A stretch of DNA of 64,000 bases, taken from the NCBI RefSeq assembly GCF_009914755.1, contig NC_060934.1, one strand, 5' to 3'. Made by a program: the position numbers and the translations under genes. Shown here one piece after another: positions 39,414 through 55,414 of this stretch. This stretch comes from the human T2T-CHM13v2.0 reference genome, Homo sapiens. The notes under the pieces are model-generated. The model ran no database searches. It was given only the letters and a program-made list of their open reading frames with translations, and was not told where the DNA came from. Position 1 is the stretch's first letter. The number at the start of each line of letters is the position of its first letter.

Positions 39414-41475
39414 ACTGAGTAAAATTTTGTTTGGTTTGGTTTTAGCCCCATTGGTGATTCTTAAATGTTCCCAGGCCACAAACCAGGAATGCAGATGTGT
39501 CATTGGTTATGAGGAGAAAGAAATGATACTTGGGGTGTTTTCGCAACGAGGTGAGTTCTACCTCTGTCTCCCAGAGAATTCCCATGCCTCGTACGGAATT
39601 CAGATCGAGTAGCATCATTTTTCCAAAGACTTTTTTTTGACAGTTTCAGGCAGAGTTAATCACTCTGCTTTTGGAACTATCACTTATCTTGTATAAACTT
39701 TCATGATTACATGTCTATTCTCCCTAGTAGTCTGCTTATTTTATTGGGACCATGTCATATTCATTTCTGTATCCTCAGCATCTAATAGGGTCTACACATA
39801 GTGAATACTTATGAATGAATGAATAATTATTTGTTTATCAGTGACTGGAGGGTTAAGAGTAGAGGCAAAGAGAAGCTGATGCTGTTAACAAACTTCCTTT
39901 AGTATCCCAGAGAAAGACATTGAGTAAGACAGATGATATTGCCACCATCCCTTGCAACAGCACTGCCTTAAGAAGGCTTAGTAAACACAGATTTCTAAGC
40001 CCCTCCTAGACCCTTTGAATTACAATTTCTGGATATGAGGACCAGGAATCTGCATTTCCTTGCAATTCAGCTACAGCACCTCTTAGTCTACTCGGGAACA
40101 AGGGACTATTGTTTTGTTTTTTTGTTTTTTTTTTCTCTAGAATAAATTTCAGGAAAAAATATTTTTAAGTGATTCAAACTCTAGAGTGATCCTGCCTACC
40201 ATCTTTCTCTCTAACTCATGTCAGCCGTGTCACCTTCTTACCTGTTAAAGGATTATGTGTCAAATGAGTGGTGTGAAATGGTGTACTAGCAAGCTGGTGG
40301 CAGATCTCACAAAGCCCCCCTTTAGTGATTTTAGAAAACTAAAACCTTCCCCCACTTCCCCAGTAATCCAAATTCCCCACTAAGTTCCTTGAGCTGTCCA
40401 GTGTGACTATGATGCATATTACTAACCCCAGCCACACAAGTGAATTCCCAGCTGTGCAGCCCTTGGCTTGATTAGGTTGCAGCCTGTGCTCTACCTCCAA
40501 TCACTTGCATGAGCAACTCTGAAGCAGAACAACCAGCGATCCGCCACAATAACAGGTCACCGAGGGCTCAGAGGGGAAGGGGGAACACAGTGAGTTTCAC
40601 AGGTTCCTTATCCATCCTGAGAAATGCCTGGGGACTCCAGTTGTTTGAGAGCCTGGTACCATTACAGGCTCCTGATGATTTATTTTAGATTTGTCCTGAG
40701 GGAGAGAGTATCAAAATTTCCTACTGATAGCTTGTATAGGTGAATGATGCTGTTACTTGTTCAAGCAGAAAAGAAGAGCTTAGAAACATAATAGGAATTT
40801 TGGCTTCTCCTGGGTGTCTCTAAAGCCAGAAGTTTTCTATTATGCAAAATCCACAGTGCTTGAAACCTTCAGGTGCAGGGAGAGAGCACTCATCCTGCAG
40901 CCCCTACACACCTGACTTCATCAAATGATTGCTTTACTATAAGATGGCATTTTAGTATAGATGATTTTCAGGAAAGAGACTAATCCCTCCGGAAATCCTA
41001 TTAATACTGTATTTGTAAATCTATAAAAAGCCCTACTGTTTATAAGCATAGATAACTGTGAAGACAATAAAAGTGGAGGTTGTCAAAGATTAGTAAAATA
41101 GCTTGGATGTATATGCTAAGGAGTACTTCAAGGGAAAAAACAAACAGGTGACAGGGAAAAGGGAGCTAAGTTTCCCAAATGTCAGATCCCACATTCATAT
41201 CACCTCACTTTTCCCTGTGATAGAGTGGATGCCATCTGTATTTTAGAAATGAGGAAAGAGGGGCTATGGATTAGTGAGGGAATATTTCAGATTTCTGCTC
41301 AATCCTCTCATCTTCCATGCCTCCATTCAGAGAGCTGAAAAGAGCAGAATCTGAAGAAGGGAGAGAAGGAACAAGAGGATAGAAGATGGTGGCAAATGTG
41401 AAATGGGCTAATACATTATGTTGTAGAAAAGTATCATTAGAATTACCTGGGGAGTTTGCTAAAATGGGGACACTT

Positions 41476-41945
41476 TCAGTTTCCACTGATGCATAACACA
41501 GCATTCCAAAACTTAATGTTGTAAAACAAAAACAAGCCGTTATGTATTCGTGATTTTGTGAGCCGAACAGGTAGTTCTGCATCAAGTAGGTTGACAGAGA
41601 TGGTGGGATCTGGGAAAGGCTCAAAATAGCCTCACTCAACAAGTTAGTACTCATTGCTTGCTGCAAGCTCATCTGGGGCTTTCAGCTTAGCTAGGTTACA
41701 GTTCCCCCAGTGGGCTTCTTCACAGTGCAATCAGGACTTTCTCAGCATTGCTGGCTGGGTTCCAAGAAGGAACATTCTCAGATGACAGGCTCCAGCAGGT
41801 AAGCCCTTCTTATGCCTTCACTTGCTTCACATTAATGTCCCACTGGCCTAAGTCAACCAGAAGGACAAGCCCCAGAGCCAGTATGGAGAACCCCATGAGG
41901 ACAAGAATACTGGGAGACATGGTCACGGGACCTATCTACAGAGGG
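41476..41945 (-). mobile_element. MLT1H/I-like LTR inside a MER5-like element
   Basis: gatgcataacacagcattccaaaacttaatgttgtaaaacaa...tgtcccactggcctaagtcaa. Confidence 0.55.
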
Positions 41946-42224
41946 CTTCCTTTACCCCACCCTAGACCTATTGCGTAAAAATCTTTGGAAGTTGGATACA
42001 GGTTATCTGCATTTTTAACACACTTCCTAGAATATCTCCACAGCACATCTTCCTTCCTTCCCTCATCTGCCTCCTACCTTCTGCCTTTCAAACTTGCTTT
42101 ATGCTAAAATTCTTTGTTAATTCATTAATCAGCAAGGCAATAGGTTTATTGATTGCGAGAGAAAGAGGCTCATTGATCTGGAGAGAAAACAATATCAACA
42201 ATCACAAAAATTCCACTAAAAAAG

Positions 42225-43730
42225 CTCTTTGTAGTTACTAGTGACCTCCATGTCACTATTAAATGAACATTTTTTCAGTCCTCATCGTACTTGATTTCTT
42301 ACCAGTATTCAATATTGTTGATCACTCCCTCCTTCTTAAAATACTCTTTCCTTGTTTTCTGTGATATATCACGCACACTTCTGACTTCTTTTCTATAACT
42401 CTGCTCACTACTTCTAGTATCTTTTTGGTTCATTTTCTTGTTCCTAACTTCTAAGTGTTGGTAGTTTTCAAGGCTTGGTTCTTACAGCTTTTTTTTCCTC
42501 AATCTGTACTCTCTCCCTAGGCAATCTGACACTCACCAAATGCTTCCACCATCAACAATCACCTGCATGCAAATAACTCCCAATGTTATGTGACTAGCCC
42601 AGATCTCTACTCTGAGCTGTAGACTCAAATGTCCAACTATTTTCTCTCCATCTCTCCTAGATTGTCTCAAGGGAATTCATATTTAGGGTGTCTAAAACTG
42701 CACTCAATCCTCTCTTTTACTCCATCCCAACCTCGTCTTCTTTATTTTGGTAAACCGTACTGTTATCTAGGTACTTCTGCAATAAAGGAGGAGTAATTCT
42801 GACACCTCTCTATTAGCCACCCACACACCCCATTCAATCCATCACCACTCTTGTTGATCTTACCTCCTCTAATATGTCCACCTCCCTGCATCATCTCCTG
42901 CAGCACCCTAATCCAAACTGCCATCATTTCTCATCAGAAAACAAATAAACACTAAAAGCTTTCTAAGTTCCCCCACCCCCAGGATCACTTTTTTCTTTCT
43001 CTTTCCACCCTCCTGATCCACAAGCCTTTCCCCAGGTTTCAATCAGAGTCATCTTTTAAAAACACACCCAATCATGTCATCATTTCATTTAAAACCTTCA
43101 ATATCTTTGTATTTATTTTATAATAAAGACCAAAATCCTTACCATGATTCACAAGCTTGCTTCCTCCTCAGCCCCTTTGTCAATCTCCTTGTTTTCTGTG
43201 ATTCACCTTCCCTGGCCTCCTTTCATTCTTCAAATGCACAATCATCTTCCATATGAGAGCCCTGAGCCTCCTTTAAGAATGTCTCCTGGCTCCCATTTTC
43301 TTTCTGGTTCTTCACATCTTAGTTCACATGTCTCCTCCTGTGAAACAAGTCTTCACCATACAAACCAGTCTACTCCAGGGCTTCTTATTATCACACTCAT
43401 AGTCCTATGAGATTCTGATTCTTATACTTAAACATTGTTTATGATAATGCATCTATTGCGTGCTTTTTATAAGAATGCCCATCTTCCCCAATAGATAGTG
43501 AAATATATGAGGGCAAGAATCACGGTAAAATAAAAATAGAGATGGGAGTCTCACTATGTTTTCTAAGCTGGACTCAAACTTCTGAGTTCAAGCAATCCTC
43601 CTGCCTCAGCCTTCCATGTAACTGGCACTGCAACCAACCACCTTTTTAAACACATTATATTCCTAGTGCTTGTCACATAATAGGTACTCAAAAATATTGT
43701 TGAGTCAGTGAATGGAGGAAGGAAGGAAGG
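42225..43730 (+). mobile_element. L2 (about 1.5 kb) with FLAM insertion
   Basis: ctagcccagatctctactctgagctgtagactc; ends tagtgcttgtcacataataggtactcaaaaatattgttgagtcagtgaatgga. Confidence 0.8.
43535..43641 (-). mobile_element. FLAM (free left Alu monomer)
   Basis: tagagatgggagtctcactatgtt...tcaagcaatcctcctgcctcagcc. Confidence 0.75.
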
Positions 43731-44068
43731 AATAAAAATGCTTGCTAGGACTATAGTCATGCCTAAGGTGCTATCTTTAATGTTAATTGCCTGCTTCTTA
43801 GGATCCATGAAGGTCTTTCTCTGCTGGGTCTCTCTTTATATGCTATACTCTAATCTTCTAGAGTAGACCACTCCCAGCTAGGACTGCTTCATTTTATGCC
43901 ACAACATTGTGTCAGGTTAGCCAGTCAGAGTGATGCTGCCTTCAACACCAGCATTTAGAGCTGCTCTGTCCAGAGTGAACCCCTTTCCTGGGCATGTTTA
44001 GTCTTCTGCTAAGTCCTAGATCTCTGAGTCTGTACTTGCTAGAAATTATCTGGCTATGGTAGGCATAG

Positions 44069-44425
<357 letters not shown>

Positions 44426-45606
44426 TAAAAAAGAAATAAAACTTGATTGCCAATGTTAAGTGAGATAAAACCCACCATAACTGGATCTAAAGATAGCAGG
44501 AGACTTTGGGGACGTGGTGTTAGATGAGACCATTTTTTTTTCATGTAAATGGAAAACATTAATATTAGGATGCATCCCATGCAAATTGTTTGAAATCTGC
44601 AGGGTATCTGCTTCCTATTTCCAACAAAGCTTGCCCTTGAGAAGTGTAAGTTTGTTTGGTTTCTCAACTTACGTGAATTGAATTTCTGACAAGACAACCC
44701 TTGACACAACCAATTGGATCAAGCTGCTTTGACACTTTGAGATGTCTAAAGCATACTGAGGGCAATTGATCAGATTCCATTACTGTCCATTCACCTTCAG
44801 CTAATCCTTTCTGCCTTGACCTACTCAAGGGAGGATTACTGAGAAATTTGGTTGCTGCCATTTGTGAGGGTTGAGTATGTATAGACTCCTAATCATTACT
44901 GCACTTTGCACTTTTAATGGATATTTTTGTCTTGGTAGTTTCCTTTCCTCCCCTTTGCACACCCCCAAAATTGATTTGTGTATAGACTAGCTTTACACTT
45001 TGATGGATTGGAAAAACAGTGCTCAGCAGTTTTGCATTGGGGAAGCTATCTATATTTTATTAAGAATAAAAATGATTATTTAAAGATTGAGTTCTTAGAA
45101 TGATTTTACATGGCCCTAGCCAGCATGGTCAGTACACTCGATAACATAAACCTTTACCTGTCTCCAGGGGTACCTCTCATTTGGTGAGCTTCACTAACCT
45201 CTGAATAGCTATACCATCTCCAAGGAAAGACATATAAGGTCTTTTTGCAATTAAAGGAATATAGGTTTTTTTCTTCACTGAGTTTGACAATAGGAAAAAG
45301 GCCTCAAACATCTCAAATTTAACATGCAGCAAACTAAGATGATTGGTGATTTAAAAACATCTACTCACTCATTTATTAGTTTATGCATCTTCTGTCTACC
45401 TATCTACTCACTTATGCAAGGAATGTGTATTGAGCTGGTACCATTACCTAGACATTGAAGTAGACAGTGGAGATATAAATGACAAATAAATACACACTAC
45501 ACATTTCCTGCCCTCTGGATTTCATATTTGTGAGAAGGTAGACATAAATCAAATAAACATACAGTAAATGTGAAGTTATAGCTGTGATCACTACCATGAA
45601 TGAGAG

Positions 45607-45989
45607 TAATAGGGTTTGGCTCTGTGTCCCCATCCAAATCTCATGTGAAATTGTAATTCCCAATGCTGGGGGAGGGACCTGGTGGGAGGTGATTGGATCA
45701 TGGGGGCACATTTCTCCCTTGCTGTTCTCATGATAGTGAGTGAGTTTTCATGAGATCTAGTTGTTTAAAAGTGTGTAGAACTTCCCTCTTCTCTCTCTTT
45801 CTCCTGCTCTGCCATGATAAGATGTACTTGCTTCCCCTTCACCTTCTGACATGATTGTAAGTTTCCTGAGGCCTCCAAGTCATGCTTCTTGTACAGCCTG
45901 CAGAATTGTGAGTCACTTAAATCTCTTTTCTTCATAAATTACCCAGTCTCAGGTAGTTCTTTGTAGCAGTGTGAGAATGGACTAATACA
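45607..45989 (+). mobile_element. THE1D/MSTA-type MaLR solo LTR
   Basis: ggtttggctctgtgtcccca...gagaatggactaataca; perfect 5-bp TSD gagag (45602-45606, 45990-45994); sits in an antisense L2. Confidence 0.92.
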
Positions 45990-47692
45990 GAGAGGTATAT
46001 TATGTCTGCAATAGCATCTAACAGTGATACCTGGCCTACATGTGGAAGATTGACTTAACTTATGGCCTCTCACTGTACTTAGCTAATTATTGAATGGGTG
46101 GGATAAAAAATTTTAAATTATACCTACAATCACAATGTCCACCTAAGATTTTAGTACTGTTGTTGGATTTTGATAGTTGGGAAAAACTTCCTTCACTATT
46201 GGTCTTTTGGGCTATAGCTCCTAAGTTTCTTTCAGAATATTGTCTTAACTCCTCATTGTACCACTTAAGGCCATCAGTTTCTTCTTCACTTCACATGCTC
46301 CCTACCAAAAAGAATCTACTGCTAAAATAACTGACTCATATTCTGTGACTATCTCACGCATGTTCCCATCTCTCCCTTGCTCCAAATATTAACCTCATCT
46401 AAAGACACATATCCCTTTCTTCCTATCTGGTTTTTGGTGGGATTTTTTTTGAGAACAGGTGAGAAATCTAGTGAGAATGCTGAACTTTGACATCATTTGT
46501 TTAGAGACAAAAAATTGTATTTACCTCAGTCTGAAGCAGTATAACTGAGTTTGATAACAAGAATTATTACTAAAGGGATCCAAGTTGGCACTTGAAAAAA
46601 ATGCCAAGTGTTAAATATGAAGAGTGAAATTGGGGTAAAAAATATGTCAGCAGGAATAGACTAATACTAATTATACATCATAATTTATGGAATGTTTATT
46701 ATATCAAGATGTTTATTAATCACATTGTTGCTTTATTTAATGTAAAAGATTTTAAGGTCATGACAAATTAATCTCTGGTATAATGACACTGAAAGCATCT
46801 CCACTACCCTGCTTTCTAATAAAGTTTAAAAATTTAAAGCTTCTTGAAATGGCCATAAGGTAAATGCCAAAAGAAGAAATATTTATTAAAAAAAAAAAAC
46901 TACGAAAATTCTGTAAGAAAGGCAAGAGTCTGTGGTACTTGAATCAAAACTATCCCCCTTCCCTCATCTCAAAACACACAAGCTCCTTCTCTCCTTCTCT
47001 CTCTCTCTCTCTCTCTCTCAGTCCCAGTTGTAGGGCTATCTTCCTGAGAAGAGTAGGACTATATTATTTTTATCCTGACTCAAGCCTCTTAAAGTTGAGG
47101 CTAAATCCTGAGTAAGTGCAGTTGAGAGGTTGGGGGCCCCTCCTTTCTATCTCATGGAATGGAGGTTCTACTAGAAGTTCAACAATGTTGAGAATTCTAG
47201 GGCTCTGATTGTTTATATCCTGGTTTGTGAAGAGGAACTTCCATATCAGAAGAGACAGGCCCAGAGGATCTCAGGCTGCTGCTGCTCCTCATTACCATGT
47301 GCTCAGCACCAAGTTCAAAAGTGTGCCTCAAAGAGAAGCTTGCCATTGTTCCCAACCACAGCTCCAGATCTCTGGCTCAGAAGTTTTTGCCTTGGTGAGA
47401 ACAAGCCCATTAAAAAGATAGCTTCTAATCTCTTCCCAAAATAACTGATTTCATTTATACAGAGTGTGGAGAAGTTCAAACCTAAGGGTGCCCTTAAGAA
47501 CAGCGAAGGTTGAGATGAAAGGCAAATCTACATAAATTTCCTATCCATATATTATAGTTCTAACCAGATACATAAAATTAACCATCACTGTCTGCTAGCA
47601 ACAAATTCTCCTAGTTTGTGTTTATCTAAGTCCTTCTCTTTTCTTTGTTTTCGAAAGATAGATTTGTTAGATGTGGAACTCATGGTTGACAT

Positions 47693-48075
47693 AAAACTTC
47701 CCAATTTACTGAAAAACAACAACCTACATATCCCAGGGAGCTCAAAGAACTCCAACTAGGATAAATACAAAGATGTCCACCAATAGACACATAGCAAAAA
47801 TGCTGAAAGTCAAAGATAAGGAGAAAATCTTGAAAGCAGCAAGAGAAGAATGACTCATCATTTATGAAGGAACCCCAATCAGATTAAAAGATTACCTCTC
47901 AGCAGAAACAATGGAGCCAGAAGGCAGCAGATTAACAAAGTGCTCAAAGAAAAAATTTTATCCATAACAGCACAAAGAAGGTGGATGGAAGCAAAAGTGC
48001 AGTGGGCTGAGGAAATAAGAGAGAGTAAAGTAATAATTAGAATAGTAATTGTTGAGTTTGTAACATTAATAGATG
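47693..48075 (+). mobile_element. Old L1M ORF1-region fragment
   Basis: aaaacttcccaattt...aaagataaggagaaaatcttgaaagcagcaagagaa...cagcagaaacaatggagccagaag. Confidence 0.7.
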
Positions 48076-48120
48076 TTGTATTAGTATATTTGGGCTGCCT
48101 TAGCAAGATACCACACGCTG

Positions 48121-49026
48121 GGAGGAGGAGCCAAGATGGCCGAATAGGAACAGCTCCTGTCTACAGCTTCCAGCATGAGCCACACAGAAGAAAGGTGATT
48201 TCTGCATTTCCATCTGAGGTACCAGGTTCATCTCACTAGGGAGTGCCAGACAGTGGGTGCAGGACAGTGGGTGCATGCACCGTGCATGAGCTGAAGCAGG
48301 GCGAGGCATTGCCTCACTTGGGAAGCGCAAGGGGTCAGGGAGTTCCCTTTCCTAGTCAAAGAAAGGGGTGACAGACGGCACCTGGAAAATCGGGTCACTC
48401 CCACCCAAAGACTGCTCTTTTCTGACGGGCTTAAAAAACGGCGCACCAGGAGATTATATCCCACATGTGGCTCAGAGGGTCCTACGCCCACGGAGTCTCA
48501 CTGATTGCTAGCACAGCAGTCTGAGATCAAACTGCAAGTCAGCAGCCAGGCTAGGGGAGGCGCGCCCGCCATTGCCCAGGCTTGCTTAGGTAAACAAAGC
48601 AGCCAGGAAGCTCGAACTGGGTGGAGCCCACCACAGCTCAAGGAGGCCTGCCTGCCTCTGTACGCTCCACCTCTGGGGGCAGGGCACAGACAAACCAAAA
48701 GACAGCAGTAAACTCTGCAGACTTAAAAGTCTCTGTCTGACAGCTTTGAAGACAGCAGTGGTTCTTCCAGCACGCAGCTGGAGATCTGAGAACGGGCAGA
48801 CTGCCTCCTCAAGTGGGTCCCTGACCCCTGACCCCCAAGCAGCCTAACTGGGAGGCACCCCCAGCAGGGGCAGACTGACACCTCACACAGCTGGGTACTC
48901 CAACAGACCTGCAGCTGAGGGTCCTGTCTGTTAGAAGGAAAACTAACAAACAGAAAGGACATCCTCACCAAAAACCCATCTGTACATCACCATCATCAAA
49001 GACCAAAAGTAGATAAAACCACAAAG
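48121..49026 (+). promoter_or_regulatory. L1 5' UTR internal sense promoter and antisense promoter region
   Basis: Intact YY1 site caagatggcc at 48132-48141; short form lacking the 129-bp segment (gggtactc|caacagacc near 48900). Confidence 0.8.
48498..48572 (-). pseudogene. L1 ORF0, truncated by a premature stop
   Basis: MAGAPPLAWLLTCSLISDCCASNQ*; ORF0-like frame (GVGPSEP...VRRFLS...GVTRFSRC) continues after the TGA. Confidence 0.85.
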
Positions 49027-50041
49027 ATGGGGGAAAAACAGAGCAGAAAAACTGGAAACTCTAAAAAGCAGAGTGCCTCTCCTCCTCCAAAGTAAGGCAG
49101 TTCCTCACCAGCAATGGAACAAAGCTGGACGGAGAATGACTTTGACGAGCTGAGAGAAGAAGGCTTCAGACGATCAAATTACTCTGAGCTACGGGAGGAC
49201 ATTCAAACCAAAGGCAAAGAAGTTGAAAATTTTGAAAAAAATTTAGAAGAATGTATAACTAGAATAACCAATACAGAGAAGTGCTTAAAGGAGCTGATGG
49301 AGCTGAAAGCCAAGGCTCGAGAACTACGTGAAGAATGCAGAAGCCTCAGGAGCTGATGCGATCAACTGGAAGAAAGGGTATCAGGGATGGAAGATGAAAT
49401 GAATGAAATGAAGCGAAGGGAAGTTTAGAGAAAAAAGAATAAAAAGAAATGAACAAAGCCTCCAAGAAATTTGGGACTATGTGAAAAGACCAAATCTACG
49501 TCTGATTGGTGTACCTGAAAGTGATGGCGAGAATGGAACCAAGTTGGAAAACACTCTGCAGGATATTATCCAGGAGAACTTCCCCAATCTAGCAAGGCAG
49601 GCCAACATTCAGATTCAGGAAATACAGAGAACACCACAAAGATACTCCTGGAGAAGAGCAACTCCAAGACACATAATTGTCAGATTCACCAAAGTTGAAA
49701 TGAAGGAAAAAATGTTAAGGGCAGCCAGAAAGAAAGGTCGGGTTACCCTCAAAGGGAAGCCCATCAGACTAACAGTGGATCTCTCGGCAGAAACCCTACA
49801 AGCCAGAAGAGAATGGGGGACAATATTCAACATTCTTAAAGAAAAGAATTTTCAACCCAGAATTTCATATCCAGCCAAACTAAGCCTCATAAGTGAAAGA
49901 GAAATAAAATACTTTACAGACAAGCAAATGCTGAGAGATTTTGTCACCACCAGGCCTGCCCTAAAAGAGCTCCTGAAGGAAGCGCTAAACATGGAAAGGA
50001 ACAACCGGTACCAGCCACTGCAAAATCAGGCCAAAATGTAA
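49027..50041 (+). pseudogene. L1 ORF1p, disrupted
   Basis: ATG 49027, TAA near 49093, TGA 49354-49356, 2-nt deletion near 49415; ARREW and YPAKLS motifs retained. Confidence 0.95.
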
Positions 50042-50104
50042 AGACCATCGAGACTAGGAAGAAACGGCATCAACTAACGAGCAAAATAACCAGCTAACAT
50101 CATA

Positions 50105-53933
<3,829 letters not shown>

Positions 53934-54499
53934 ACAATGAGAACACATGGACACAGGAAGGGGAACATCACACTCTGGGGAACTGTTGTGGGGTGGGGGG
54001 AGGGGGGAGGGATAGCATTGGGAGATATACCTAATGCTAGAAGACAAGTTAGTGGGTGCAGCACACCAGCTTGGCACATGTATACATATGTAACTAACCT
54101 GCACATTGTGCACATGTACCCTAAAACTTAAAGTATAATAATAATAAATAAAATAAAATAAAATAAATAAATAAATAAAAGACCACATGCTGGGTGGCTT
54201 AAACAACAGACATTTATTTTCTGACAGCTCTGGAGGCTAGAAGTTCAAGATCAAGGTGCCATTAGGGTTGTTTTCTGGTGAAGCCATCTTCTGACGGTGT
54301 TCTTATATGGCCCTTCCTCTGTGCACATGAAGAGAGAGAGAGAGAGAGATTGATCACAGGTGTCCTTTCCTCTTCTTAAAAGGGCACCAGTTCTAGCAGA
54401 TCAGGGGGCTATGTTTATGAGCTCATTTTACCTTAATTATTTCCTTAATGGTCCTATCTCCGAGTCCAGTTACATGGGGGTTAGGATGTTGAACTATAA

Positions 54500-54720
54500 T
54501 CATAAGTAAAACAGTTTCCTGACTCCTATGAGTTGTTTCAGGTAATTATTCAACCTGCGAAGGTAGTGGGAACCCTCAAATTTGTAGCTAGTTGGTCTGT
54601 AGTGTGGGTGGCCTGAGAATACATAGCTGGCATCTGGAGTGATAAGAGCCTTATGGAGGACTGTGCCCCCAGCCTGTGAAGGCTGTGCCTGCTCTGGGTA
54701 ATAAATGGCAGAACTGCATT
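54500..54720 (+). mobile_element. MER21-like LTR fragment
   Basis: gtttcctgactcctatgagttgtttc...gtgggaaccctcaaatttgtagctagttggtc...gctggcatctggagtg. Confidence 0.6.
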
Positions 54721-54869
54721 AGAAACACGTACAGAACTTCACTGCTGTGTGGATACTCCTGCATGTTGTTAGACCTAGAATGACAATGTTAGGGAACGTT
54801 ACTCAGCCAGCTAAGATTTCTCAGTAAGGCCTTCCTTGAGTATCTGATTTCTCAATGACTGTCCACGCC

Positions 54870-55414
54870 TGTGATGGTTTATTTTATGTGTCAACTTGAC
54901 TGGGCCACAGGGTTCCCTGATTTGGTTAAATATTCTGGGTGTATCTGTGAGTGTGTTCCTGAATGATACTAATATTTGAATTGGTAGACTGAGAAAAGCA
55001 GATTGCCCTCCCCAATGTGGATGGACCTCTTCCAATCTGCTGAAGGCCTGAATACAACAAAAGGCTGAACGACAGGGAATTCGCTCAAAGAAAAAAAAAA
55101 AAAGAAAGAAAGAAAGAAAAGGAAAAGAAAAGAAATAAGAGAAAAGAATTCTTTGTCTCTGCCTGATAGTCTTGAGCTGAGACATTGGTCTTCTCCTGAC
55201 TTCAGACTTGGATTTAGACTGGGACTTACAAACCATTTGGCTCTCCTCTTTCTCAGGCCTTTGGACCTAGGCTGGAATGTCTCAGCCTTCATAATCATGT
55301 TATCCAAGTCCTTATGATAAGTTTGTGTATCTATATCTATATATTTACATCTATATCTATATTTACATCTATACCTACATCTCCAGGATTCTCTGGAGAA
55401 TCCTGACTAATGCA
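54870..55414 (+). mobile_element. MLT2 (ERVL) LTR
   Basis: tgtgatggtttattttatgtgtcaacttgactgggccacaggg...ctctggagaatcctgactaatgca. Confidence 0.88.
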
